Positions 1-12,401 of a stretch of DNA of 64,000 nucleotides are shown piece after piece. A program made the position numbers and the translations under genes. Under the pieces are notes generated by a model, which ran no database searches, was not told where the DNA came from, and worked only from the letters and a program-made list of their open reading frames with translations. Position 1 is the first letter of the stretch. Each line of letters starts with the position of its first letter. Source of the stretch: Dudresnaya verticillata (taxonomy: Eukaryota); the NCBI GenBank assembly GCA_977862235.1, contig OZ374563.1, forward strand, positions 2,356,001 through 2,420,000. The letters run 5' to 3'.

Positions 1-252
1 CGATAAAGGCCCCCTATCTCTTGTATCTCTTGACAGATAAAGGTCCCCACCTCTTTGGGAGACCCCTTCCGATGCAAGCAAGACTGCTTGCTACTTTCTC
101 TCCGAAGGTTTGTCTCCCGTCCGAAGGCCTTCTCAGTAATTTCAGGTCTGGATGTTTAGACCTTGTACCACCATCATGATGACACGTTTCCATCATCACG
201 CGGTTGGATGCAAGCCGGCTTGCTTGGTAATGGCAGAACCGGTAGTTGCAAC

Positions 253-641
253 TTTGATATGACAAATTGCAATACCTTCTTTCGCCGTCGCTTGGGAGTG
301 CGTTCAAGCATACGCAGAGCATCTCCTGTCGTACCACGGCGAATGTGAGCCGAACAGACTAGAGTTAGGCAAAAGTTCCATTGCGTGCTGATGAAGAAAA
401 CAGATCTTCCGTCCTGTTGTGTTTGGCTTTCTGAAATTGCGTATTGTACCATCGGAAACCATTCGCACTTCACATCATCAAGCTTCGGCAGGCAGACATG
501 AAACTTTGATCTTCTCGTCTTTTGGGAAACTGTTCACTGCGCACCGTTCGGTGTTTCGTTGTTTTCGTTTCCGTTGCCGATGCCACATCAAGTTACGCTT
601 GCATTCTGCAGTACTTTCAAGGTCTCCAACACACAAGTCCT
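253..641 (+). repeat. Segment duplicated at 63612-64000 (direct, offset 63359)
   Basis: TTTGATATGACAAATTGCAATACC...ACACAAGTCCT appears identical at both positions. ORFs 174..473 and 61952..63832 share the same N-terminal translation. Confidence 0.95.
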
Positions 642-3549
642 GGTCAATTTCGGTACGTTTGGCAGGCCTAGACTTCGTCTTGATGAGTTGCAATGTCGGC
701 TTTCGATGTGTTTCGAGCAAGGAAACTGTCTACCAAGTGGAGCCCCTGCTGCAATTGGATTGCCCTCAACCCGGCCCTAAGAAACAATGTACAGTAGCTC
801 AAACTTGCTGCGGTGTCGCGCTGGCTGAAATCCCAGTTCCACCTCTTTAGCGCTCGGCAAGATCTTGCGCTGACATGACCAGTGCTTCATAACAGGCCTT
901 TCGGGTTTCACCCCGAAAAAATGCTTTCGATGCTCTTTTCCTGTTCCAGACTTCCGTTTTGCAATTCGACGGTAACATGAAGCGAGCCCGTCTATTAGTA
1001 AGTACCTTTAGAATTGGCATTAGGGCGATCTCAATGTATTGATAAGAATCAAACATCTCCAGTTACGTCCTCATCATCCTTGCAGTCATTATACCATTTC
1101 GACTCCACAGTTTCCATATCTAGGCGAGGGTCGTGGCTTACATGACATTGAAGTGATGCTGAAGCCGAATGAACTGTATCGTGTGGTCCACCTGAGACCT
1201 GCTTTCTGGTGTACATGAACTGGCTTGTCGACTTATCCCCGCAGTTTCAATTGTCTGTATGGAACAGGACTTCTTGATCGAGGATTCATCTCGCTCCCAC
1301 GCGTTTCACCTGCGTTGATTGGTCTGTATTCCTGGTAGTCGAAGTATTCCCCTTTGTCTACTGCGAATTGCATACTCCGGAGGGCTTGTCCGCAGAGCAA
1401 TGACACTTTTCAAATGCTGAGCCTTTCAAGGGTCCTCCATGAGCAGATAAGTAGACATTCTAACAACCACCAGAACAGAATTCATTTGACAATGACGGCC
1501 GCTGCGGCTCTGTCGTCCATTTCATTTCTGAATGCCTCCCCAAGCTCCATAACCGTATTGCTTGCTTGCTTGACATCTCTTGGGCGTTTCCAACTAGTGG
1601 AGTCATGCATGGGACCCAGGCAAAAAAAGCGGTCCGAACCTTTGACAGCAAAACCTTTCGTAAATCTTGAGTAGTATTCTAGCAGTGTTCTTCCTCCAGG
1701 TTTTGGGTGAGCGTTTTGAATGCATCTCTTCCTGTAGTGAGCCAAGCTTTGTCCTCAATACATTTCTCTTATAATCATTGTCATGCAGACTCAGCTTAAA
1801 GCCGATCGAGGTCTTCTATCTGTCCATCAGAGGCCACTTGCATCAATCTATGTTGCCCGTCTTGCGATACCCTTGTAAGTTGAAGCTTGATGTTTTCTAC
1901 CCCCTGTCTCGCTGGGCGCAATCGGATGGTGCGGAGCTAGTGTTTGGTGTGTTGCAGATGTGCGGACAACAGGCATACACCTGCCCGGGTGTGATCATCG
2001 CTAGGAGCTCGGCATCAAGAGGTCGTCTGTTTGAAACAGGGGTCCGGTGCTGTCATTGCAGAACTCTGGTAGCGGACCTCCCCTGCTTGTTGAAGTCCTC
2101 ATTTTTCAGACACCTATTCTCTAGACCATTGGACCAAATGGCGCCCTGAAATTAATGCTCCACTTCCGCCGTATGCTGCCGTAGCGCCAGGCGCTTCGCG
2201 CACCCTGACTAATTACCGCACCATACGGAGCTGGTTCTGATAGGTTCTAGTCCACATTTTTCAGACACCCACTTGCAAGACGACTGGACCACTTGTCGCC
2301 AAACAATAGATTTGGTAACATTAGTTGTGCTCTTTTTTCACATGACAGGTTTCATTCGATATTCCAAGCCGGACGGAAACCAGAAAGGAAGATTCCTCGC
2401 CGCCGCGGTTGAGCTAACACCTGGCGCACGTCTGAGCGGAAGAGCTCGGCCACTATCGAATGAGGCTGCACAACCAAACTCCAACTAAGATCGCGTCGCT
2501 ACGACAGATGAGCAAGTCCAAATGCTTGTTGCAGAAGGCAATGCATCTGGAGCATCGATTCTGACAGAATCCGGAGCTGGATTCGTTTGGGGAAGGAGGA
2601 AATGCTGTCTACGTTGAGATTTCGAGCCCTGGAGCGCAGAGAAAGCTTAGGGGCCTCATAGTATTATGCTTGGTTGTTTAAAGCTGTGAAAGATGAGCAC
2701 AAGAACCGTCTTCTGTGGCTCTTGTTATCTCGGCCATCTATGGTTCTATCAAGAGCATTTCATTGTACTCTATCGATAGTGGGATTCTTACTATGTGGTT
2801 CAACAGGGTTCTGGCAAGTCGATCACCCGACCTCCAACTTCTTCTTCGATACCCTTTCTTCTGCTCCAAGGATCTCCCCGCGCCAATCCAGACGACCCGT
2901 TCTGCTAATTGTTACTCTGTTTTCCCAAAGGTGGTCCCGAGGGCCTAACGTATGACTTGGAAGAGACGCTTAAATAGGTGCTTCAGCGATCTGTACCCCG
3001 TTACCTTTGTGTTAACATTGGATGTGGCAAGACTTCCGAGAAACGAGATGAACAACAACTACATGTTCGTAGAATTGTCGCATATTGCGATTACATCTTG
3101 GATGGCCAATGACTCCTTCCCGTCTTGCCTTCTGTCCCAGTCCCGACAATCTTCCAACGGCTATTGCGGCGCCGTCTGTGAATCCAACACGCACGTGCCG
3201 AGTGCCTCACTGTTGACAAATCCATTGGCATACGCTCTGGAAAATTGAACGGTGCCGCACAGCCAATATGTGGCCGAACAAGTCCTTCGGCATTTGGTGA
3301 TATTCAAGCAGCGATGTTACGGGAAAATAAGCAGTTCTTACCGACAATTCAGCTTTTAAAAGACACAGCTCCACATTTGCACCTTCCACGGAAACAAGCC
3401 ATCTGCTTGTGATGGCAGGAGAATGAGGTCATTGGTTCAATTGCCTTTCTGGAGCCGAGGTAGAAGGCTAACGCAACGCTTCTTCCTCTGCGGCCACTAG
3501 TGACAGCTTTAAAACGCGTAAAAGGACTCTCTTTCTCCACCCCATTGCC

Positions 3550-4266
3550 ATGGAGTATCCTCGTCACGTCAAGATGGTCCCAATACCGCTACATCCCTTT
3601 TTGGTTCTTTCGGCTTTCAATACTCTTCTCACAGTGTGCAATGGCTTCTGTACACACCCACCACCAATAACGGAGTCCTTCTGCCGCTCCCCACCGCTGG
3701 CGACGCAGCTCTCGATCTCCGCGTACCAAGGTCGTTGGTTCCAGATATACACCTCAGGAACCTCTTCTGCATTCACTTCCAACCGTTGTGTAACCGCAAA
3801 CTACACACTGGCCTCGAACTCTTCCGTGGCCGTTCTCAACTGCCAGCAACTGGACCCGTCGCTACGACCCCAATGCATAGTGGGCAATGCTTCAAGAGTC
3901 CATGGAGGATCAGCTGCGGAACTCGAGGTAAGCTTCTTCCCAGATGCCCCGCCGACGCCGTACAATGTCGCTGCGCTGCTTGGTGATGACAGCTACGGAT
4001 ATTTCGCAGCTGCAGTGTATTCTTGCCGTGTTACCAAGGACGGACCTAATGAAGGCTTCTTCATACTTTCTCGCACGCCATTCATGCCGGCCATGACGCT
4101 GGGACTTATTTCAGCGCAGCTCCGGTGCATGGGATACCCGCTCACAGATCCCTTCCAACTTACGACGTATTCGTCTGCTTGTTCATTCTTCGACTCGGAG
4201 AAGGGATTCGATGTTGTGCCGCCAGTCGTACCAGGGACGTCTCATTTGGCAAGTACTTCGTATTAA
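3550..4266 (+). CDS. Secreted lipocalin (apolipoprotein D/Blc-like)
   Basis: Hydrophobic N-terminus, SCR1 'LSISAYQGRWFQI' (GxW), 'CVTANYTL', SCR3 'FFILSRTP'. Intact 238-aa single exon. Confidence 0.85.
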   Translation: MEYPRHVKMVPIPLHPFLVLSAFNTLLTVCNGFCTHPPPITESFCRSPPLATQLSISAYQGRWFQIYTSGTSSAFTSNRCVTANYTLASNSSVAVLNCQQLDPSLRPQCIVGNASRVHGGSAAELEVSFFPDAPPTPYNVAALLGDDSYGYFAAAVYSCRVTKDGPNEGFFILSRTPFMPAMTLGLISAQLRCMGYPLTDPFQLTTYSSACSFFDSEKGFDVVPPVVPGTSHLASTSY

Positions 4267-6366
4267 GACTGATTTTCTCGCAACAGAAGAGGCAGACCGT
4301 GATAGCCAATGTCCAGGAATTATGATACGTACAAGGACTCAGGGGAAACGTCAGCCCCACAAATTCTGAATGAGACTGGGTCAGGACTCGTGCTACGAAG
4401 TGGAGTTTCATGGCGATATCAGAGCTATTATCTGGGCTTCCCATGAAGAATATGGAAGCAGCAGCGGGTACTTATTAGTCGACGGGGCTTCTTGCTTCTT
4501 GCTTCTTCAAGGCTCTGCAGGTGCCCCAGGCCGTAGTTTAGCTTACGAAAGGCGTTTGAGATTAGCGGCTTGCTACGGAGTAAACTAAGACCTTGGGAAA
4601 AGAGGAAATCGGCGAGCACGAAACGGAAGTTGGTTGATGACCAGGCTTGAAACGCTACTGCATTATTCCTGGGGACGGCTGGCTCGGCCAACGAAAGAGA
4701 GCCGAGAAATCTGCTGACGTCCTGATTCCAGCAAAACCTTGTGGTTTGTGGCTGCTAACGCGAGCCTCTCTTGAGCGACTTCCCTCGAGGTTAGCTTGTA
4801 CCCAAAAGTCGCACGCCATATCACGTGAAAATTCACCTCTCTGGACGTTACTCCTCAGAGAAGTAGAACGAATCATGTGAAGGTTTCTGCAAGTCTGGAA
4901 GCTGCGCTAGAAAGCAATTGGTGCTGCAAAGACGGTGGAGCGTGGAATCACCGAAGTTCTCCACAATGTCATGTCGGGTGAGGAGGAGGTGGGTGCGAGC
5001 AAGGCCTACACGCTGCGAGGTTGCGCGGCTGGAAGGAGGTCGGCAGCGATGCAGCGGTACTTGACCATCACACATGTCGTGCACTCATTGGCTGTCACAG
5101 GCATCAAAGCGAACGGATTTTCGACACCCGCGCCACGGTCAACAGTGTGGACACGGTGCGTGTAACGCCCGTCGGGTGCCCGGCACCTTCCTATCCAGGC
5201 GATTTGCTACTGTGCTAAAAATAACAATAGAGCTCCCCATTCTCCTATGCCGACATCTTTTCCGTGCTCACAAGGTTGGTCATGGTCAGCATTTCCTCGC
5301 TTTTCTTTTGTGCCCGCGTTCTTTCGTACAGCACATCTATGAGCAGTACCCACGTGTGGATAGCTTCCCCCCGAGCGGCTTCCTTCTGGGCGCGAGCCTG
5401 CAAGAAGGGATGGTCAGCACGCTGGCAATTTTAATGCGCAGTGGGCGGCATTTCTACCCGTCATTGCTGAACGCGACAAGCACGCCAGCGCTATCTCGAG
5501 ATGGCCTAGTTCTTGAACATCACACGGACAGTTCACAACTTGCCATAAATTATAGCTTACTACCACAACAGCAACTATGGTGCACGTGGACCACACGCAT
5601 CCTGATTCGTCGAGTGTGTTAGGGCGAAGCTCGCATCCTCCGGCCAAAATTGAGGTCAGTATTGTAAAGAAGGAAAGATTCTAAAGCAGATTCCTCGCGG
5701 CTGCAGCTCGTCCAACAAACGTGTATGTTGTTTTATCTGGTACATATGATAGAGATGAGCAGAAGCTGGACATGGGTAAAAGGGGCCCTGCAATCAGGGG
5801 GATGGGGAACTTTATAGGGGGTTACAAGGAGCTCTACTAAGCTCCTTCCAGACGACAAAGAGGAAAGGAAACTCCATTGAAATACAGACCAAACATGAAT
5901 CTTGCGTGAGGAAGATTATTGTAGCTACGTGTTCGAAAGCGATTTGTTGGACAGCGGATGATAGTGTTGTACTCCGCAGTCCGCCGGAAACATCAAAGGG
6001 CATGCAGCTGTATGTGTTCAGGACCAATGCCGCTGCCATCTTGAAACAATTCCCCACCGCGCAAATCCGCGTTGTGCCATTTGTTGTTGTTGTTGTGTCT
6101 GTGGCCTTGTTGCATGGCGACATTACAGAGCAGTGCGCTGTATTCGGAAACTGCATGCGACATGCGCGACTGTCAACGAGACCTCTGCCTGCTGTGGAAC
6201 AACGCGAAGATGAAAGGACAGCCCCAACCTAGCTTTGCAAAGATAGGACAACGCGCTTGCGCCTATCGCAGCGCCAATAACGCATAGTTCTCATGAAAAG
6301 AACCGCATGGGTCACTCTGGTGACCTGATCTATTGATAGTACTACTGTACTGCTGCCCGTTGCGTG

Positions 6367-7785
6367 TTATCTCTGTAGCCCCTCCTTACCCCTCACAGGA
6401 GCTTTCCTATGTCTGCGTTCTGGTCCGCGACTAACGCTTCTCGCCCTGCGAACGAACCAAGCTTCCAGACGAGCCCCAACTGCGCGCCCACCACAATTTT
6501 CGCAGCCGTGACAGTGATCAAGTCCATGATGAACAACGTGTAGCACGCCAACACGATTGACAACGTCAGGCCCGAATTTTCTGGCCAGATCGCCTTCTAC
6601 TGATTCAATCCTGCGACTCCCGGCACGTTCCGTACGTCGAAGACCTTGATTTCGTTCTCCAGTGCTGGGCAGATGCCCTCTCCGAACCTGCTCTCGACTC
6701 CGATCCCTTCCCCTCTCTTCAAGTCGACGCCTCGCTGCCAGTTTCGGTGATGGTGGGATCGTAGATGGCACACTTGGTAAGCTAGGAATACTTGGGCTAG
6801 AATCATTTGCAGACCTCCACTGCACGCCTCCAACACCTTTGCTTCGCAGTGCAGCACGTTCGTACTGTACTGGGGTCATTGATGCGTCAGAACGTATTCG
6901 AGCAGCGTTCATAGGCGACAGCGGTGCGACTCTGACTCGTTCCTGTGAAAGCGGCGGGGCCGACGGGGCAAAACGTCCATCTTGGTCCGTGGTGGAAGAT
7001 GCATCGCCAGTATATGCAAAGGCTCTTGGAAGCTCAAGTGCAGGGACGGGGTGCGAGAAGCCATCAGTAGGAGCAGGCGGCCATGAGCCGGGTAGGTCAC
7101 CAACAGGGGCAAAAGCCGGGACTCGCGAGTGGGTCGGTATAGCGTGGGCGGCGGAGAGCGCGCGCTGCTGTTGCGGTCGGCGGATCGGAAGAGCTGCGCG
7201 CTCGGGGCGTCGCGTCGGGAAGCTTGGCGAGGCAGTGGCAGACACGAAGGCCCTGTCATGACGAGGGGCTGGCGAGCGGGGTGGCGCAGTGAAGGACGAG
7301 GAGCGCGGCTGCTTCGGGTATTGGACGGGGGTATCGGTACGCGCCGGCGGCGGGCCTGGCGGTGAGTACAGGTCTGGCGTCTTGCGCGACGGGGTTTTGC
7401 AGCTGAAGGGATGTATTTCTGCTAATTCAGATTGTTCGGGTGGGGGCGACAGAGAAGGGGTTTGGTCGGGGTTGTACAGCGAGTTAGTCGATTGTGAGCC
7501 AGGATGGGTGGTAGGTACGGCGGTGGCCGGTTCCGAGCAGCGCGGACAGCGAAGGGTCGGCGGGGTGGCGGCGGTGGCGGGAGCAAGATGGTGCAGGTGA
7601 GAGAGGCAAGCGGCGTGAAGCGGGCCACAACCACACGGTGAGAGATGGAAGACCGGCTGCGAGGGCGGGATTGCGTGGGCACAGCGGTGGCAGACCGGGG
7701 TGTGCGGCGGGTGCGAGAGCAGATGGTCGCCCGAGGCGGTTGACGAGAGCAGGCGCGGCGGCGGGAAGCGGGACGGGGATGACAT
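6367..7785 (-). CDS. Pro-rich protein with N-terminal RING-variant-like zinc finger (possible E3 ligase)
   Basis: CHRC...SPCGCGPLHAACL...CPRC matches C4HC3 spacing. Long open frame with the likely ATG at 7785 (MSSPSRF). C-terminal HCHGCENC cluster. Confidence 0.7.
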   Translation of the reverse strand: MSSPSRFPPPRLLSSTASGDHLLSHPPHTPVCHRCAHAIPPSQPVFHLSPCGCGPLHAACLSHLHHLAPATAATPPTLRCPRCSEPATAVPTTHPGSQSTNSLYNPDQTPSLSPPPEQSELAEIHPFSCKTPSRKTPDLYSPPGPPPARTDTPVQYPKQPRSSSFTAPPRSPAPRHDRAFVSATASPSFPTRRPERAALPIRRPQQQRALSAAHAIPTHSRVPAFAPVGDLPGSWPPAPTDGFSHPVPALELPRAFAYTGDASSTTDQDGRFAPSAPPLSQERVRVAPLSPMNAARIRSDASMTPVQYERAALRSKGVGGVQWRSANDSSPSIPSLPSVPSTIPPSPKLAARRRLEERGRDRSREQVRRGHLPSTGERNQGLRRTERAGSRRIESVEGDLARKFGPDVVNRVGVLHVVHHGLDHCHGCENCGGRAVGARLEAWFVRRARSVSRGPERRHRKAPVRGKEGLQR

Positions 7786-9768
7786 GTTGGGCGGGGTCGG
7801 GGCCGCGAGGGCGGAGCGAGGGCGGTGGCAGCGGGACACCCGAGCGGGTACGCGGATCAAGGTGCGGGCGGTATTTGAGGGGTGTTGCCGACAAGTGCGC
7901 AGCACGGCTTCCCGCGCGCGTGGGCGCTGGTGACGTCAACAAACATGCGCTGCCGGAGTCGACACGGCGCGGCGCGGGCGCAAGTGCTGTTCGGCAATCT
8001 GAGATTTTGCAGAGATTACGGTGCGCGCAGCGCACGTGTATCGCCTCACAGCCCTCTCACGCACCACCCAAAATGCTTCGCTGCCGCGCCCCCCCGCGCC
8101 GCGTCGTAGATGCTCTTTGCGCTGCAGCCCGCAGATGCGACGCCAGCTGTACGCCCAGCAACAACAACAAGTCACATTTCCGTGCGTTGTGCAACTCGCT
8201 AGGACAGCTCCCTCCCGAGTATCTCTCTCGCGCTCCGCGTCGCCTGCGCGCACCTGTTTTTTCGCACAACGTAGAAATGCCCCTCCGTCCCCTGGACCAT
8301 GCAGCTTCTGACTGTCCACCACAGCGTTGTGGACACAAAACACTGTCGACAGAGAAAATGTTTTTGCACATGCAGGCAAATACAAAGTCTGCTCTTCCGA
8401 AGGAAGAGAGCTGCTCTCAATGGACCTCGTCGAATGTTATAGCAAGCAAGGGGAGGACCGAAAATCTCATAGCTGTAAATCGTACATGCCAGTACAACAG
8501 CACCAAAGAACAGCATCATAGTGCCATCTGTCATCGACATTTTGTTCCTTCTCTCTCCTATTCGCCTGTCCCTATAACGCTTTTCAGAGGAAGATCCTCA
8601 ACTCAAACAGCAGCCTTCTTTCCCTAATCTACCTGCCCGCCTGATCGCCGTTTGAGATAATGCAGCTACAACTTACAACTTGTAGCCTACAAGCTGCGTA
8701 TGAGTGGAAGTAGCATCCCCAAATACTCAAACGCCTTGAACACATGTTGTTTCTATTCCCACCTGAACCGATCCTTCAGCATTCTCACCTCAACTGATCT
8801 TTTGGTCTATTCATTGCTTTGCCTGATTGCGAGATCGTCTGAAAACAGGCCTCCTGTAGGCATACACAGACCTCCTGTTTTAGGAAGAGCGTGCAAGGTA
8901 ATGAGGACATTCTACCTCTCGGCTTCTCTTTTCATGTCAATCACTTCCACTGATCATAGGCCTTTGCATCCGAAGCCGCCGCACTCTAAATCCCGTCCTG
9001 CAAAGTTTAACATCACCGACCACAATGAAAGAAGAGAGAGGTTAACTTAATGCAGAAATATCAGAAAGCTCCATAAGGAAGCTTAAGGGGGGCCACCCAG
9101 TAGCTAAAATCGCCCTGTGCTCACTGTATACCCAAACTCTGTCAGCAACTTTTACTGCAACTCTTTCCATCCAAAGCTCCAAGAGTTAACATTATGATAT
9201 TATCAAAGCATTTCTTGCTTATCCATTGGTGCTTGACGTACTCCATACTGAAATATCCTTTCAAACAGTGCCTACGCCATCTGGAAGAGTTAATGCGTTC
9301 ATGTTCCGATTAGTCTTCCCTCTTATCTTGTTCTCTGTAGAACGCCTCTAACGCAATTAGAAAATGGGTGTTACTACACCGATTACGGACTTTCTAGCTG
9401 ACTTTCTAGAATGTCTCATTGTATTGTTTCTTTGGCAACGAGGGGGTAGGAAAACTGAGGTTTCGAGGACAGCTGGAGGAGATCCAGTTTCGTCCAGGAA
9501 ATAGCATCTCTTTTCATTTCAAAAGGTCTTGAAACTTGACGAAAATGGCATGATCGAATAAGAAGCGATGATACTTGTAAATAGATAGGGGACCTTTATC
9601 AGAGCAGTAGGAAGCAGACATCCCAAACAGGCCTTTACAAATCACATCTCATCTTCGATGCATTGATGCTTACAAAGCACAAAGCTTACCTCGACCATCA
9701 CTCGACGACTTGTAGCTGCGAAAAAGGTCCTGCGCTCACTCTTCGCCCTTAGATTTGTCTCGCACATC

Positions 9769-10533
9769 ATGCCCGCCAAAGCAGCCAACTTCATCTATAA
9801 GGCATTTGCCCGCTCCGTCTATGAACATGGATTCCCTCTTGTCCCGTACACCCCGGGGCTCCTGCAGGCCATCGACAACCTCAACAGGGACTTCTTCCGT
9901 GCCATCGTCGCCCAGCGCTCCCGGCGCATGACAAGGGTACGTCTTTGCAAGCTGACAGCCCTTTTCCGCATTGAACCCCCTCAACTCCGTCAACAGGCCC
10001 TCCAACAGATTCTGGTGGCATCCCCCCGACTTCCAGCGATCTCCTCTTCCCCAGCATCATGGCACGCGCAACAATCCCTACTCGCTCTACCTCTTTCCCA
10101 CTGCCCGTCACTGCGCAGCATGTCCGCACCCACTGCTACCCTCCACTATCGCCGCCAACATCATCGCTGAATGGAGGTCTTGTCTGTCGGGCTGCCGCCC
10201 TGCACCGTCCATGCACGTCACCGCTACCTCGCTGCTCTCCTGCTCCCCGACAAACAGGGTCGTCCCCTTGCCATCCGGTGGCCCATACCTCCAAAATTCC
10301 AACGGAAACGCGCAGCCCTCCGAACGCACGCCCGTGCATCGGTAACCCTCTCCACTCCCGAACCCACCGCTGCCGACTTAGATCAAGTTTGCCACACCCT
10401 CGCAGCAATCCGAAACCTATGCGCTACAGATTTTCCCTCAACTGCTCCCCGCCCCACCCCCACACCCACCACCCCCTCCTCTAGCCCCGTACCACTGGCC
10501 CTCCTTTGGCTCGATGTTCCAGTGCGCTTGTAA
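9769..10533 (+). pseudogene. Probable 5'-truncated non-LTR retrotransposon (LINE) RT C-terminal fragment
   Basis: 'IYKAFARSVYEHG...LLQAIDNLNRDFFRAI' resembles the LINE RT thumb (LYK..RS.LEYG...L..L...Q..F.R). It continues in frame past a stop into ORF 10171..10533. No tail or TSD identified. Confidence 0.45.
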
Positions 10534-10730
10534 TTGGGCCTATGTTGCCCGCGTAAGCTCACCTTAAACTTTGAGTAAAGATTACCATCACAAAGGCCCC
10601 AGGTAACGTCAAGTACTTCAAGGTTCACAGCGATTGACATTACGCAGGGTCTGTACTATCGATACGAATGCATCCGGAATCGAGAACGGAACAAAAGTGA
10701 GCTCATTGAATTGTGGCAGTCATGCTAAGA

Positions 10731-12401
10731 TCAGAACCTAATCGATACTTCGAACGAAAGTCCGCACCCCACCCGATGAGATCCCAACCACTTCTGTATC
10801 TCGTCTGGTAACATAACTGGAAAGAAAAACTCTTCTTTGCCGTTCAGAAGGGTACGGTAACGTGTTATAAGATCGATCTTACGGAAACACTTTTCGTGCT
10901 TCGCATCACATGCAGTACCACGAAGTTCTCGTACATGTATGCACATGCGTATCTCCTTATCGGCAGCATACTCCTGTGCTATCCGACGTCGAAGGTCTTT
11001 GTCCATCTCTATCTTCACGGCTAATTCCAACGGGCTAGGAATTGGAACAAGGTTTGCATTATCGAGATTTGCAATTGCTGAGCGAAACCACAGAACCCCT
11101 AAGCGAATGGTGTGGCCTCCAATTTTCTCTCTTTCTGCCCTGTACTTCTCGACTCGAGATCCTATAATGGGGACCCCGTTAGCTTCTTGAAAACCAAATA
11201 TATGACCAAGCGATGGATCTAAGTCCGCATGAAGGTCGCCGTAGTCCCACTTGATCTGGAGCTGGTTGGATACATCTTTGACCAAAGACAGCGTCAGGAT
11301 TCGCCATGCGGACCTTGGCCACTTTGAAGCGAAGCTGGAGCCAATTGCCTGTGAAAAACCAATTGTATTGTGATCCAGCTTCCGAATCGCAGACAATGAT
11401 TCAGCCTCTGGCAGCTTATCCGCTAGATGATCTAGAACCACTTGCAGAAGAATAGCAGAGTGGTCGCCATCGGAGAGATTGTTAATCCTTGCAAATGCCA
11501 ATGGTAATATCTGTTGGAATTGAAGCACATTCCAGATGCAATTCGACCCAAGTCTCCAGTACGCAGGTGGAAGGTGCCTGCCTTCGCTTTTCCAGTTCTC
11601 AAGAAAGGTTTGACACTCTCTCTTCAAGCTTCCGTTACCTCCAATGTCGCGTTGAGTCGAATGCGCAGAATGAGCGGCGTCTTCACTAGTACTCTGGTTG
11701 GACCTAGTATCCTGGTTGGACAAAACGCAAGCTTGTTCCGCTGTCCTCCTCGTGCTGCGTGTCTGGGAGCCTGATGCGGTCGGATTATAGCATCTGCGGA
11801 TCATCTCTGCTTCAAGCGAGTAGAATTCCTTTGCAAGCTGAGTAGTGATGAAGTCTTGAAACGGGTTGGAGACCCGAATGAAATTCATAATGGGTAGATA
11901 CTTCTCAAGGAGCGGTATCAGAGTAATTCCCTGCGTGATCGATGCGAACTTCTCCACGAGAAACCACGCTTGAAATAACACTTCTATTCCCCATCGGTTC
12001 ATAGTGAAGGGCAAGCTTCTCGTGAACGAATCCGTGTGGATTGTCTCACAGTACAGAACCTTTCTGATAATCGAAAACTCTTCAAAGGATTCAGCAGCTA
12101 GGTGCAGGTGACTCTGGGTAGATTCCTTAAAAGGTCCACTCACTAGCGAAGCGAGGGGTCCTCCAGCAGCGAGAAGATGAGAGCGGTGGATCTTCAGGGT
12201 ACGGTCTTCATCTTCTACCCTCTTCGTTTTCCCAGAGGTACTCTTGTCGACGAACTCTCCAAAGGTGATCGTAATGATTGGCTCATTAACGGTCATACTA
12301 CCCAGCCCATCACAGTACTTCTGTAAGATCTCTATTTGGGGACGCAGCACCTTGCAGTCGTTCTCTAAAATCCAGTCCTCAACGTGAACGGGGCAGTTCA
12401 T
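10731..12401 (-). CDS. BTB/POZ-domain protein
   Basis: 'LKIHRSHLLAAGGPLASLVSGPFKESTQSHLHL..ESFEEFSIIRKVLYC' is a BTB signature. Intact 556-aa ORF. Confidence 0.8.
   Translation of the reverse strand: MNCPVHVEDWILENDCKVLRPQIEILQKYCDGLGSMTVNEPIITITFGEFVDKSTSGKTKRVEDEDRTLKIHRSHLLAAGGPLASLVSGPFKESTQSHLHLAAESFEEFSIIRKVLYCETIHTDSFTRSLPFTMNRWGIEVLFQAWFLVEKFASITQGITLIPLLEKYLPIMNFIRVSNPFQDFITTQLAKEFYSLEAEMIRRCYNPTASGSQTRSTRRTAEQACVLSNQDTRSNQSTSEDAAHSAHSTQRDIGGNGSLKRECQTFLENWKSEGRHLPPAYWRLGSNCIWNVLQFQQILPLAFARINNLSDGDHSAILLQVVLDHLADKLPEAESLSAIRKLDHNTIGFSQAIGSSFASKWPRSAWRILTLSLVKDVSNQLQIKWDYGDLHADLDPSLGHIFGFQEANGVPIIGSRVEKYRAEREKIGGHTIRLGVLWFRSAIANLDNANLVPIPSPLELAVKIEMDKDLRRRIAQEYAADKEIRMCIHVRELRGTACDAKHEKCFRKIDLITRYRTLLNGKEEFFFPVMLPDEIQKWLGSHRVGCGLSFEVSIRF

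Noticed and set aside
1..3250. Fragmented ORFs (minus strand 14-2100, plus strand 2341-3248) as pseudogenes
   Set aside because: Some pieces are in frame across stops, but I recognise no domain and cannot support a product call.
7484..8627. Long ORFs 7638..8627 (+) and 7484..8035 (-)
   Set aside because: GC-rich shadow frames overlapping the RING gene start, with no recognisable motifs.
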